From Patescibacteria group bacterium (GTDB lineage: Bacteria; Patescibacteriota; Minisyncoccia; Minisyncoccales; UBA10102): a DNA stretch of 64,000 bases. A model generated the notes under the pieces. The model was not told the origin of the DNA. It worked only from the letters and a program-made list of their open reading frames with translations, and did not search any database. Shown here piece after piece: positions 8,384 to 17,862 of this stretch. A program made the position numbers and the translations under genes. The DNA lies in contig JANBVJ010000001.1 in the NCBI GenBank assembly GCA_024239055.1, positions 432,572-496,571 on the forward strand, given 5' to 3'. Each line of letters opens with the position of its first letter. Within the stretch, counting starts at the first letter, position 1.

Positions 8384-9631
8384 TTAAAACAAGCTTTTTT
8401 GTGTTATGTCTTCTCTCTGCTCCCCCTCCTTGAAAATGGATATCTTGCCATACTCCCCGTCATACCCGGGCTCAATTTGTACCTTTCCCTCCCGAATCCG
8501 CATAATCCCCTCCACCACCTCGGGCGAGGCAACATCTTTCAGTTCCAAAGGAGTTGCATCAAGCAAGACATAAAACTCATTCTTTAAAGAAGAGACAACC
8601 TTTTCATACTCCTCTTGTGTTCTCTTTGTTGCCACGCCAACACTAAAGGCCTCTGCAATAATCTCTTGCAAAGGAATCAAGTGTTTGAAAGGAACGGCAT
8701 TCTCGGGCTTCTCTCCCTCTTTTCTGTCTGCTAACTCCCCCACCCGATTTAAGACCCCAATAACCAAGGGTTTTTTGCAGGTAGGACAGATGTTATTATG
8801 TTTCTTTGATTCTGCTGGAGCAAAGCTCAATTTGCATAGGCGATGTCCGTCATAGTGATACCTTCCTTCTTCTGGAAAGAACTCAACTGTAAAAAGAAAC
8901 TTCTTGTTGTCTTTTTTCTTTAAAACATCAGAGATTCCTTTATAGGTTTTTTCTGTATCAAAAATATTAGCTTCCCTTCCAATCTTAGCTAATGAATGGG
9001 AATCGGAGTTGCTGATTAAGTTAATATCATCTAATGCAGAAAGCCGCCAGTTCATTGCGGGATCTGACGAAAGTCCTGTCTCAATAGCAGTAATATATTT
9101 TGTGTATTCGTCAAAGCACTCCTCTATGGTATCAAATCCGGACTTTGAACCAAAAATGGAGAACCATGGAGTCCAGGCGTGAGCTGGCACGATCATGCAC
9201 TCAGGGGAGGCATCAAGTGCTATTTTCAATACCTCCTTTGCATCCATGCCCAGTATTGGTCTGCCATCAGACCCAAGTTTGCCCCGAATACCGAGTTGAG
9301 CGTTTATCTTTGCCACAACAGCTAGCGATGGAGCAAAGATTAATAGATGAATCCTCCTAACCCTGTCATTCTTTGAGTAAATACAGCTTACCTCTGTGGT
9401 TAAAATAAACCTTGTCGGAAGCGTAGAACCCTTGAGCTTATACAAGCCCTGTTCTGACTCCTCTAACTTTTTAGATAACTCCTTAAACCACTCTGGATGT
9501 GTAAAGTCGGAAGCTGAAATAACGTCAATCCCTTTTTTGTGTGCCCATACATCAAGATTCTCCAGATTCATATCAGGAGAGGTGGCTCTCGCATACTTTG
9601 AGTGAATATGAAGGTCAGCAATAAATCTCAT
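8384..9631 (-). CDS. PHP-domain nuclease, endonuclease Q-like (TIGR00375-type)
   Basis: MRFIADLHIHSKYARATS is a PHP metal motif. Downstream HAWTPW and SDSHS motifs are present, plus a zinc-finger segment C-x(18)-CPTC. I chose the start at the internal ATG 9631, which forms an ATGA overlap with the upstream gene, rather than 9706. Confidence 0.7.
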   Translation of the reverse strand: MRFIADLHIHSKYARATSPDMNLENLDVWAHKKGIDVISASDFTHPEWFKELSKKLEESEQGLYKLKGSTLPTRFILTTEVSCIYSKNDRVRRIHLLIFAPSLAVVAKINAQLGIRGKLGSDGRPILGMDAKEVLKIALDASPECMIVPAHAWTPWFSIFGSKSGFDTIEECFDEYTKYITAIETGLSSDPAMNWRLSALDDINLISNSDSHSLAKIGREANIFDTEKTYKGISDVLKKKDNKKFLFTVEFFPEEGRYHYDGHRLCKLSFAPAESKKHNNICPTCKKPLVIGVLNRVGELADRKEGEKPENAVPFKHLIPLQEIIAEAFSVGVATKRTQEEYEKVVSSLKNEFYVLLDATPLELKDVASPEVVEGIMRIREGKVQIEPGYDGEYGKISIFKEGEQREDITQKSLF

Positions 9632-9957
9632 TTTCTCATTAGCTTTATGCCAAGAGAAGATATCTGAGTTCCAGCAAATATGAGTATCCCTGCAAATACA
9701 GACCATAAGCCAAAATTGAGCATACGTGGAATGGCACCAGAAGGCAGAAGATTCTCAAGCTGACTTTCTAAAAGCTCGGGAATGTTATCCAATGAAAATG
9801 CCTCCAAAGCAGCTGAAGACTTAGTAATTGGAACCATAAAGATTTCAGGAGGAATAGCTGACCCAGTGAAAAAGGTGAAAGACAAAAAGAGCGTGTAGGC
9901 AATGAGTACAAGTCCAGCAACTAGAAGTAAGATACCAATAATTTTCTCTGTAGTCAT
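9628..9957 (-). CDS. Small membrane protein (two hydrophobic helices)
   Basis: 109 aa with an N-terminal helix ILLLVAGLVLIAYTLFLSFTFF and a C-terminal helix LWSVFAGILIFAGTQISSL. It abuts its neighbours with 0-nt and -4-nt spacing. Confidence 0.5.
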   Translation of the reverse strand: MTTEKIIGILLLVAGLVLIAYTLFLSFTFFTGSAIPPEIFMVPITKSSAALEAFSLDNIPELLESQLENLLPSGAIPRMLNFGLWSVFAGILIFAGTQISSLGIKLMRK

Positions 9958-10719
9958 TTAATTCTTCGCATAATTGGGAATACGCCTGATGAACTTTTTG
10001 TTATACCACTCCCAGAGCTCTTTTGCCGCCAAGAATGCTTTAATGTCCTCCTTATATCCTTCAAGCTCTTTAAACTCCACTACGCCCTTCTTCTCAGACC
10101 ACTGATGGTTGCAGATACGCTTTCCCCCTGTCACACGCAAAACTCCCTCCTTTCCTCTTCTCTTAGCCTTACATCCCAAACACTCCTCATACTGATCAAT
10201 TCTCAAAATCCACCTTGTGGTACACTTTTCTTTCAGTCTTGCTGTCTTGTTATATGCAGAGAGGTAAGCTGCGGTCTGTAGATAATGCTCCTCCCAGATA
10301 CCAGTAGAAGTCTTTAAGTCTATAACCCCACGGGTTCCATTCACCTCTGCCACAACGTCAAGGGTACCCGCAAACATATGCTTTGTGTCCACTACTAATC
10401 TTTCAACATCTTTTTCCGGATCAGAAATTCTCATTATGTTATTTTCCCGCCACTTCTGAAAAGCCTTTATAGAAGGTATAATCTTGGCATCTGGCTTTAC
10501 AATTTCCCCCTTGAGCATACGCTCAACAACCTCATGGGTAAGGGTTCCCCACTCAGCTGCCGAATCCAGTCGCCTTTGAGCTGCAGGATAGTTGGGAGAA
10601 TCAGCAAAATAGCGATATAGATTTGGTTTGTTAAGAATAGAGGTAATGGCAGTTACCCGAGGCAACCACATCTCGTCAATCTCATACCCGCATTTTTCTT
10701 TAAAGGTATCAATTCCCAT
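9958..10719 (-). CDS. PD-(D/E)XK nuclease superfamily protein (RecB/Cas4-like core) with a Cys-rich insertion
   Basis: Ordered motifs: GTLTHEV, ERLV, GTLDVV, IDLKTS (D-x-K) and YLQTAAYLSAY (QxxxY). The insertion CLGCKAKRR...ICNH is a possible zinc ribbon. Confidence 0.7.
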   Translation of the reverse strand: MGIDTFKEKCGYEIDEMWLPRVTAITSILNKPNLYRYFADSPNYPAAQRRLDSAAEWGTLTHEVVERMLKGEIVKPDAKIIPSIKAFQKWRENNIMRISDPEKDVERLVVDTKHMFAGTLDVVAEVNGTRGVIDLKTSTGIWEEHYLQTAAYLSAYNKTARLKEKCTTRWILRIDQYEECLGCKAKRRGKEGVLRVTGGKRICNHQWSEKKGVVEFKELEGYKEDIKAFLAAKELWEWYNKKFIRRIPNYAKN

Positions 10720-11029
10720 TATTACTTGGAAGTTTAAATAATGTAGGTTTTTTCAAAATTATCTTATAGATATTCTCCAAGAAATCTCCTCCTGCATACC
10801 CAATAATCAAAGCCATGGCGGAACTTATGGTTTCAATACCAAGAAAACTCATGCCAAGCTCTCTGACTGAAAATACCGCTACTCCTCCAATGGTCCCTGA
10901 AATTACCATCATAGTGAGAAAATATGGTAGTTCAAAAGGCACCTCTTTATAAGAGTACTGATGCTTTATAAATCCAACGAGCCCTCTAATTAATCCTCCT
11001 CCAAATCCTGCAAGTAATGCAATTTCCAT
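10709..11029 (-). CDS. Small integral membrane protein
   Basis: 106 aa with three predicted hydrophobic helices and Gly-rich segments. It overlaps the downstream nuclease gene by 11 nt. Confidence 0.5.
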   Translation of the reverse strand: MEIALLAGFGGGLIRGLVGFIKHQYSYKEVPFELPYFLTMMVISGTIGGVAVFSVRELGMSFLGIETISSAMALIIGYAGGDFLENIYKIILKKPTLFKLPSNNGN

Positions 11030-11041
11030 AGGATTCTCAGA

Positions 11042-11632
11042 TTAATTCTTTTGAAATATAATCCGTGACCAATCCTCGTACACAAAGATTCCTTGTGCAA
11101 TCACTCCTCCCAAGAAACCGTAGAAAATAGATGGGGCGGTGAAAAATAGCGTAAATACAGCAGTAACAGCCAGCATGCCAAAGAAAATGAGCCAGTGATG
11201 AATGGGAATAGAGTACTTTCCGAATATAGAGACTCTTGGAATAAGATACTCTTGTTCTTTAATCTTAGCTGCTCCAAGAGAGTAAGCAAAAAAATATCCA
11301 GCGGTCACAATGGCTCCAACGAGAAACCCATAGAAAATGGGTGGAGTTGTAAATAAAAGATTAGCAAGTAGAGTAATGACCAGTGCGCCCAAAAAAATGA
11401 GCCAGTGATGCATATGAATAGTATATTTCCCAACAGGAAAGATTAGAGAGGGCGCTCTTCCCTGTGTTTTAGAACTGGAACCCGCAAAAAAACGGGCTGC
11501 AATATACCCGAATACTATACTTATACCCAACTCAAAAGAAATCAACATAAATGGTAAAACTCCCACAGATTCCTTTGGAATCCTTGTATATCTCATTCTA
11601 TTTGGAAGATATGCTAAAAGTCGTTCTTTCAT
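11042..11632 (-). CDS. Integral membrane protein with an internal duplication
   Basis: Two homologous halves: YTIHMHHWLIFLGALVITLLANLLFTTPPIFYGFLVGAIV and YSIPIHHWLIFFGMLAVTAVFTLFFTAPSIFYGFLGGVIA. Confidence 0.55.
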   Translation of the reverse strand: MKERLLAYLPNRMRYTRIPKESVGVLPFMLISFELGISIVFGYIAARFFAGSSSKTQGRAPSLIFPVGKYTIHMHHWLIFLGALVITLLANLLFTTPPIFYGFLVGAIVTAGYFFAYSLGAAKIKEQEYLIPRVSIFGKYSIPIHHWLIFFGMLAVTAVFTLFFTAPSIFYGFLGGVIAQGIFVYEDWSRIIFQKN

Positions 11633-11662
11633 ATCTATGCTGTAAAGTATACCAAAATTTGA

Positions 11663-11944
11663 TTAAAATCCAAACTCCCTAATCGTAAAGTCGTCCTCCT
11701 TGCTCTTGCACTCTTCATACTCCACTTTTACCTCTTTTACGCGAGCCATAGGTGGACCCTTATGGATAAGAGAGATGAAGGATACAAGATTCTTTTCTTT
11801 GCCTTCGCAAATAATCTCAACGTCTCCATCTAAAGTATTCTTCACCCATCCTGTAATCCCAAGCTCACGTGCCATCTCCCGGACGTACCTTCTAAATAAG
11901 ACACCCTGTACACGTCCCGTTACCACAAGATGCGCTCTTTTCAT
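11663..11944 (-). CDS. acyP: Acylphosphatase
   Basis: 93 aa with V.G.VQGV.FR...........G.TGWV.N..DG.VE, the acylphosphatase signature. Confidence 0.85.
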   Translation of the reverse strand: MKRAHLVVTGRVQGVLFRRYVREMARELGITGWVKNTLDGDVEIICEGKEKNLVSFISLIHKGPPMARVKEVKVEYEECKSKEDDFTIREFGF

Positions 11945-12054
11945 ATCTTAAAGAACGCTTTGTTCAATCTCAGGAAACATCATTCCAAATAGCCCGAATA
12001 CGGCAAAACCCAAAACTCCCAAGAATAATAAGATTGATAAACAAGGTATCCATT

Positions 12055-13197
12055 TTACAAGCTCAATAATACAGCAAATAGCCCTCCTAACGCAAGTATA
12101 ACTATTAATGGATACAACAAAAGACCCGGAAGATTAATAACATACTCTGGATCTCTTTTCCCTATCTTTTTTGCTCTCTTAAATATAAGAATAATAATAA
12201 TTCCCTCTATTACTCCAATAGCAATTCCTGCAATGGAAAGGACAGAGATAAACTCCCGAAAACCCAGAAGGAATAGGGATATAGGAACTACTACTGCAAC
12301 ACCAGCTGAGAAAAGGTATGGAATGTTAAAATCATATCGCATAGAGTTCTTAAGATAATTTCCCAAGACAAGGAAAGAAGCGGAAACCGCAATCAAGCCC
12401 AGTAGCGCTCCTAAGGCTACAACTCTTTCGCCAAGAAACGGTACTAGTCCAGATAACGCATCTTCTGAAGTATTAACTCCTGATACTCCCACAACCACAA
12501 ACGCAAAAACAGCTGAAAGAATAACTGTAATCACAGATGCAAAAATAATAATGTTTTTAAAGGAACGCCTATCTTTTCTTTGTTTGAAAAAGTCAGCAAT
12601 TTCAGGAATAGCAGACCATCCGGTCAAGGCAAAGAGTACTACCCCAAAAGGAAGAATAATATTAGGAACAGATATTGCCGTAAAATTTGCTGAATCAAGA
12701 TAGGGAGCTGCAAACAAAAAGATAATCCCCATAACCAAAAATAGGGCAATGTTCATAAAAAACTCCATCTTTGTAATTAGCTGTATACCCTGAATAATGA
12801 AAAAAGAAAGTACTGCCCAGAATATAACAGAGGCCGTAACAGAAGATACATATATAAAAGGAGAAAGGGCTGTCTGAATAAACTCTCCTCCAATAATCAC
12901 ATAAGCCAGTAAGGCTCCAAGGACTCCTACAAATGTAGAGAATACAACCAAGGCCTTGGCCCACGAACCCACGTACATTCCAGCATACCCAATAAGCCGA
13001 TGACTGCCTTTTGTTCTTAAAGTTATCTCTCCGAACATTAAATGCAAAAGTAATACTGCTCCTCCAAGTAGAAAAAAATAAAAAAGACCGGGTATTACCC
13101 CTGCCAAAGAAAGAACATATGGCAAACCAAAGATACCCGCCCCAATAATTGTTCCAACTAGAGTGGAGAGGGCAAGCAAGGCCTTATTCCTTGTCAT
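12055..13197 (-). CDS. Amino acid permease (aromatic/hydroxy amino acid transporter-like)
   Basis: 380 aa with about 11 TM helices. The N-terminal LSTLVGTIIGAGIFGLPY is typical of amino acid/H+ symporters. Confidence 0.65.
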   Translation of the reverse strand: MTRNKALLALSTLVGTIIGAGIFGLPYVLSLAGVIPGLFYFFLLGGAVLLLHLMFGEITLRTKGSHRLIGYAGMYVGSWAKALVVFSTFVGVLGALLAYVIIGGEFIQTALSPFIYVSSVTASVIFWAVLSFFIIQGIQLITKMEFFMNIALFLVMGIIFLFAAPYLDSANFTAISVPNIILPFGVVLFALTGWSAIPEIADFFKQRKDRRSFKNIIIFASVITVILSAVFAFVVVGVSGVNTSEDALSGLVPFLGERVVALGALLGLIAVSASFLVLGNYLKNSMRYDFNIPYLFSAGVAVVVPISLFLLGFREFISVLSIAGIAIGVIEGIIIILIFKRAKKIGKRDPEYVINLPGLLLYPLIVILALGGLFAVLLSL

Positions 13198-13463
13198 TGC
13201 TTGTAGACTCGGTATCCTTCTCTTACCTTTTCTTCCACCTTCATTCCAATCTCATCTCCCTTCTTTGCCTTCTCAACCTCCTCGTGCTCCTTTTGCATAG
13301 AAGAAACCTCCTGAGTAAAGTCAGTCTCTCCTCCTTCAAAGCGGACCGTATCCCCTTTTGCCAATGGAGCTGTGAGATTTATTGCAGCAACATCAATCTG
13401 TGAAAAATAGTGAGAAACCTTGCCCACCAATTTCTCTTTTGTTGTAGGTTTTTTAGTTGGCAT
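13194..13463 (-). CDS. Translation elongation factor domain-2-like small beta-barrel protein
   Basis: 89 aa. The pattern GKVSHYFSQIDVAAI.L...L.KGD.V.F.G..TDF.Q.V.SMQ..H..V..A.KGDE.G.KV recalls the small 'elongation factor-like' proteins of archaea and CPR. This is a from-memory family match. Confidence 0.5.
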   Translation of the reverse strand: MPTKKPTTKEKLVGKVSHYFSQIDVAAINLTAPLAKGDTVRFEGGETDFTQEVSSMQKEHEEVEKAKKGDEIGMKVEEKVREGYRVYKQ

Positions 13464-13464
13464 A

Positions 13465-14058
13465 TTATTTTTTCTTTTGACCTTTAATATTATCTCCTCT
13501 ATCTTTTTTAATCATTTTAATTGTCTCCCTTACAAGAATCTTAGGATCTTCAGCTCCCACAATCTTTCGTTTTCCCCTATACCCATCGTCAAACAAAGAA
13601 TCTATTCTGTCTGCTGTTCCCCCTGAACCCTCCAAGACCCCAATTGGTTTTTCATCTTCAAAGGCAACTGTGAACTCGTTTAAGGTCCCAATACGACCAC
13701 AGATAATAATAACTCCATCAGAAGCCCTTGTTAAAAGAAGGTTGCGTCCAGCATACCCAAAACCCGTGTATACCATAACATCAAACATATCTATGGGTAG
13801 ACGATAGGATTTTACATGTGCCTTTTCGGTAGCAGCAGGAGAAAACCCAATAGAAATGCCTCCTGCCTTTTTTGCTCCGACAGCAGACCAATAAGGAATT
13901 CCGGTTGTAGCTCCCGTAACAAGAACAGCTCCCTGCTTTACGATTTGCCTGCCTACCTCTATTGCATTCTTTTTTGCCGTAGGCGTACATGGATACATTT
14001 CAGCGGCTCCTGAAACGCAAACTTTATATTTGTAGTAATAACCAGGATATTTTTGCAT
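13465..14058 (-). CDS. LOG/TIGR00725-like Rossmann-fold protein (SLOG family)
   Basis: V.VSGAA......A.EVG..I...GAVLVTGATTG......GAKKAGG.SIGF.P plus GR.GTL.EF, the pattern of TIGR00725/LOG-type proteins. Confidence 0.6.
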   Translation of the reverse strand: MQKYPGYYYKYKVCVSGAAEMYPCTPTAKKNAIEVGRQIVKQGAVLVTGATTGIPYWSAVGAKKAGGISIGFSPAATEKAHVKSYRLPIDMFDVMVYTGFGYAGRNLLLTRASDGVIIICGRIGTLNEFTVAFEDEKPIGVLEGSGGTADRIDSLFDDGYRGKRKIVGAEDPKILVRETIKMIKKDRGDNIKGQKKK

Positions 14059-14091
14059 ATGTATAATTATATCAAAGAAAAGACTCCTTAG

Positions 14092-14607
14092 CTATAAAGA
14101 CAACCTTTTCTGATTAATCTCAAAAGCTGATATACCAAATGCAACGGCAACATTCAAAGACTCTTTCTTTCCTGTCATTGGAATCTCTAACAATACATCT
14201 GCTTTCTTTAACACAGATTGAGATACTCCTTTTACTTCATTCCCCACAACTAAAGCAATTGGAAACTTAGGATTAAATTTAGATAAAGAAACACTCCCCT
14301 TCCCTTGTTCCAAACAAACAACAGAAATATTTTCTTTCTGTAATTTCTCTACTAATCTCCATGATTGGGCATAATACTCCCATTCAATGCACTCCTCTGC
14401 TCCCAAAGCGGTCTTTGAAATCTTAGTATTTGGAGGAGTCCCTGTTATTCCACACAAAAAGACCTTATCTACAGACATGGCATCCGCCGTTCTAAACAAA
14501 GAACCTACGTTTTCCAAACTCCTCACATTATCAACTATGAGGTAGAATGATTTTTTCACGTTATACTCTTGAGACGCGAAGGAGACCGGAACAGGGAACA
14601 ATTTCAA
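14092..14607 (-). CDS. SpoU/TrmH-family RNA 2'-O-methyltransferase
   Basis: LIVDNVRSLENVGSLFRTADA is SpoU motif 1, followed by ALVVGNE..G......K.AD..L.IPM.G...SLNVAVA. The ATG at 14607 overlaps the upstream gene by 47 nt. An alternative GTG at 14559 would remove that overlap. Confidence 0.8.
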   Translation of the reverse strand: MKLFPVPVSFASQEYNVKKSFYLIVDNVRSLENVGSLFRTADAMSVDKVFLCGITGTPPNTKISKTALGAEECIEWEYYAQSWRLVEKLQKENISVVCLEQGKGSVSLSKFNPKFPIALVVGNEVKGVSQSVLKKADVLLEIPMTGKKESLNVAVAFGISAFEINQKRLSL

Positions 14608-15505
14608 TATTCTTCTTTTCTAATTCGTCCAAGATTAGATTCATTCCAATGGAATCAGAAGACATGTGTCCGGCAATGACTACATTAAGGTTTGCAGAGT
14701 CTGCCTCCTTTTTATGGTCTTCTGAGATGTGCATGCCAACTACTGTTCCAATACCAGCGTCTGCAATCTTCTCAAAAAGCTTTGGAGAGCCCTCTGTTCC
14801 TCCTGTAAGTTCGGTTAATGCAATCTTTCCCGCTCTGTTCTCAGGAGACCCGGCAAAGACGCGAGGACCTGAGCCCATCTTTACTGCCATTTTATATTCC
14901 TCAATACCACGCAATATCTTCATTAAATCAGATACATACTCAATATCCGTATTCTCTATCTTATCTTTTAAAAACTTAGCTGCATTGTTATCGGCTGCTG
15001 TATGAAGACAGATTAAGTTAACTCCTAGAAGCTTTGCTGCGTCCACAGCCGCCCAGTTATTACCCGGATGAGTTTTTCTTGATATTTCAGAGATACGTTC
15101 CTTCATTAATCCTTCAGCCACGTTAACAGGAACTCCGTACTGATTTAAAATATCCACCTGAAGATCCATGACTTCATGCAAGTCAGCTAGGGCTCTCCCT
15201 ATTGGATGGTGTGAGATAACCAAATCAATATCTCCTAAATGTTTTGCCATTAATATTTCGGCAGGATCAATATCTATTCCAACTAATACTTTCTTAATAT
15301 CCTTGTCCTCTGCCACATGGAGGATCCTGGAATCAGAATAGGGATTAGTTAAAGATTCTGTATCAAACTCTTCTTTTTCTTCGTCACTCAACTTATCGTA
15401 CTTTTTCTTCTTGCGCTCCAAAACTCGGTCAATCTGTTCTTTTGTCCGAAAGTCAGATGCAACTCCCATCTCTATGGCTTTATCAAAAATCTCCTGTATT
15501 GTCAT
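14561..15505 (-). CDS. NIF3-like dinuclear-metal-centre family protein
   Basis: DLVISHHP, LICLHTAADN and VIAGHMSSDSIG resemble the conserved His-containing NIF3 motifs. This is a moderate pattern match only. Confidence 0.5.
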   Translation of the reverse strand: MTIQEIFDKAIEMGVASDFRTKEQIDRVLERKKKKYDKLSDEEKEEFDTESLTNPYSDSRILHVAEDKDIKKVLVGIDIDPAEILMAKHLGDIDLVISHHPIGRALADLHEVMDLQVDILNQYGVPVNVAEGLMKERISEISRKTHPGNNWAAVDAAKLLGVNLICLHTAADNNAAKFLKDKIENTDIEYVSDLMKILRGIEEYKMAVKMGSGPRVFAGSPENRAGKIALTELTGGTEGSPKLFEKIADAGIGTVVGMHISEDHKKEADSANLNVVIAGHMSSDSIGMNLILDELEKKNIEIVPCSGLLRVSRV

Positions 15506-15684
15506 TTTACTGTTTTAGTATCTTTAGTTACCTCTTTTGACTCTAAAATAGAAATACCAAACTTTTCATAGATAGCTGTAATCTGCTTTTTCTGTTCTAT
15601 TTTGTCTGAAATATTTTTGCGTATGCGCATCTTTTCCCGGCGAATAAAGATTCGTCTGCTTTTTGAAAGCTGTTGTCGTACCAT
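15502..15684 (-). CDS. Hypothetical small basic protein
   Basis: 60-aa ORF with an ATGA overlap onto the downstream gene. I recognise no motif. Confidence 0.3.
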   Translation of the reverse strand: MVRQQLSKSRRIFIRREKMRIRKNISDKIEQKKQITAIYEKFGISILESKEVTKDTKTVK

Positions 15685-15719
15685 ATCTCATAAATTCTTT
15701 ATAATACCTGCCTACCCTA

Positions 15720-16979
15720 TCATAATTTCACCTGAGTGTCCAGTTCTTCCCTGACTACCTCCCTATCATCCCACGGAATCTTCTTGCCTCTAGCAACAGC
15801 AATTGAATCCTCTGAGCCCTTACCTGTAATAATTACAACATCTCCTTTTGAGGCTAAAGAAAGAGCTTGGGCAATTGCCTTTCTTCTGTCTATTACTACA
15901 ACTGCTTTTCCAGAAGCTCCTCCTGCAACCTGCTGAATAATTTCCTCTGGATCTTCTCCATACGGATCCTCATTAGTAATAATAACCTTTTCGCAGTGAG
16001 TTGCCGCTATTCTTCCTAAAACCGGCCTCTTCCATTTATCCCTCCCGCCACCTGCCGCTCCAAGAACACAGATAAGTTTTCCCTGCGTATTCTCTCTAAG
16101 CGTTAGATATACTTTTTCAAGAGCTGCGGGTGTAAATGCATAATCTACAAAAACACGGAAGGGGGAGGAAACAACCTCTTCCATTCTTCCCGGAACCGAC
16201 TCCATCTTTAAAAGCGCTGCTTTTGCATTCTTTAAAGAAACTCCGTGTACTATGGCTGTGGTAACAGCAGCCAAAGCATTTGAAACATTAAACTCTCCAT
16301 GAAGAGATAATAAAAATTGAGTATTCTTAATAGAGAATGAAAGTCCTTGCAAAGACATCTTAATATCATTAGCCTCCATCAACTCCCCTTTATCAAAAGT
16401 AGCTCTCTTTATGGTGTAGCCATACACCTTTTCTGCGGGAAACTGTAGGAAATAATCTGTATGCTTGTCATCCAAGTTAATAACATGAACTCTCTTGCCC
16501 ACTTTAAATAGCTTTCCTTTCTCTGCCCTATAATTCTCAAATGAGCCGTGCCGTTCAATATGTTCAGGAGATAGATTCGTAAAAACAATGGTATGAAAGT
16601 TAATAAACCTATGCCTATACTGCATAATGCCTTCTGATGTAACCTCCAGTACAACATGGGTAACTCCCTTATCTTTTGCTTTTTTTAAAAACTTCTGGAT
16701 TGCAAAACGCCCTGGCATTGTCATCTTGTATCTGTTCCTTTTCTCCTCTTCTCCAATCTGAAATCTAATGGAGGAGATAGAAGCTGATTTGATCCCAGCC
16801 TCTTGAAAGATACAGCTCAGCATCTCTACCGTAGTAGACTTACCATTTGTCCCTGTAACCCCAATAACAGTAAGGTTTCTTGAAGGGAAACCATAGATAA
16901 CAGCCGCAAAAAGCGCAAGCGTGAAATGATACCAACTCAATATAAAAGATGGGGTGATTATTCTGAGAAAATTAATCAT
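15720..16979 (-). CDS. murE: Mur ligase family protein (MurE-like UDP-MurNAc-tripeptide synthetase, short N-terminus)
   Basis: VIGVTGTNGKSTT P-loop, plus the Mur ligase middle and C-terminal domains (DYAFTP..L, GAAGGGRDKWKRP). The start is set at the internal ATG 16979 (MINFLRII...). Confidence 0.8.
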   Translation of the reverse strand: MINFLRIITPSFILSWYHFTLALFAAVIYGFPSRNLTVIGVTGTNGKSTTVEMLSCIFQEAGIKSASISSIRFQIGEEEKRNRYKMTMPGRFAIQKFLKKAKDKGVTHVVLEVTSEGIMQYRHRFINFHTIVFTNLSPEHIERHGSFENYRAEKGKLFKVGKRVHVINLDDKHTDYFLQFPAEKVYGYTIKRATFDKGELMEANDIKMSLQGLSFSIKNTQFLLSLHGEFNVSNALAAVTTAIVHGVSLKNAKAALLKMESVPGRMEEVVSSPFRVFVDYAFTPAALEKVYLTLRENTQGKLICVLGAAGGGRDKWKRPVLGRIAATHCEKVIITNEDPYGEDPEEIIQQVAGGASGKAVVVIDRRKAIAQALSLASKGDVVIITGKGSEDSIAVARGKKIPWDDREVVREELDTQVKL

Positions 16980-17118
16980 ACATATGTACTGTATACTGAA
17001 TTTAATGTAATAAAAAGGGGCAGGGGCCTCGGTATAAATACCGAAACGCCTGCCCATTGTTGAAAGTTTAAGGAATTACCCTCTTACTCTCTTCGGATCA
17101 ACTCAGAACGTTGTTACG

Positions 17119-17862
17119 TTAGAACAGTCCCCGGATGATCCTTGCTGCGGCGGTGAGACTGGGTTTAGTGCCCGACGATAGTCGTCGATGCCATCTTTCT
17201 GTAGGCGAGGATTCGCCATCCCAATGTTGCCTGGCGGTTATTCGTCCGTGCTCGGTAGTGAGACTGAACGGCGGTCGCCGTCGTGAGTACCACACCGCGA
17301 CGAACGTGGCGAGTGGCACCAGAGCGACCCATCCAAGTCCTGCTGTCTGTATACCTGTTAGGTCGTCGACCGTGTCGGCGTGTCTCGTCGAGAGAACGAT
17401 GCTTTCGCTGTCAGTGTAGTTGAAGCCAACGGCATCATCGGAACTCCGTGACGTAAAGTCGTGTTTCGTCGAAAAGGCGACTGCTTCGCTATCGGCAAAG
17501 CCAACGTCGTCATCGAGGAACCAGGTCGGAAGTCGTGACTCCTGTGTCCATGTGTCGTATGGAGTCAGAAAGGCGAACGTACCGTCGGAAGCGCCAACAT
17601 CGACTTCAAATGTCGATGTCAAGCTGATGGGTTCGTCCATTGTCGTGATCAAGTCGCCGGGGCCGATCTGTTCAACCGGTCGCGAAAGATCGCTCTGGAC
17701 TGAGAAAGCTACCGGGTCTGTGATGTCGAATCCGGCCGTCTCCTGGTCGATAGAGAATGCCGTTTCCACAGGCGGATCGCTTCCGGAAGTCATCCAGCCG
17801 ACAGCCACAACAAGCAATGCAAGTATTACAAGTGAGGCTATTAATTTCGCAGAGAGTTTCAT
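17119..17862 (-). CDS. Acidic membrane-anchored secreted-type protein of foreign composition (GC-rich island)
   Basis: Begins MKLSAKLIASLVILALLVVAVGW (signal/TM). The body is rich in D, T, S and E with repeated units (VGFADSEAVAFSTKHD / VGFNYTDSESIVLSTRHAD / AGFDITDPVAFSVQSD). A C-terminal TM GLGWVALVPLATFVAVWYSRRR is followed by a basic tail. A hand-counted 60-nt sample is about 60% GC versus about 33% in the flank. Confidence 0.5.
   Translation of the reverse strand: MKLSAKLIASLVILALLVVAVGWMTSGSDPPVETAFSIDQETAGFDITDPVAFSVQSDLSRPVEQIGPGDLITTMDEPISLTSTFEVDVGASDGTFAFLTPYDTWTQESRLPTWFLDDDVGFADSEAVAFSTKHDFTSRSSDDAVGFNYTDSESIVLSTRHADTVDDLTGIQTAGLGWVALVPLATFVAVWYSRRRPPFSLTTEHGRITARQHWDGESSPTERWHRRLSSGTKPSLTAAARIIRGLF

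Noticed and set aside
9632-9706. N-terminal extension of the EndoQ-like ORF (MVCICRDTHICWNS...)
   Set aside because: It overlaps the upstream membrane-protein gene. The conserved PHP motif begins right after the internal ATG at 9631, which forms an ATGA junction.
11970-12053. 27-aa hydrophobic minus-strand mini-ORF between the permease and acylphosphatase genes
   Set aside because: It is too short and has no supporting signal, so it cannot be distinguished from chance.
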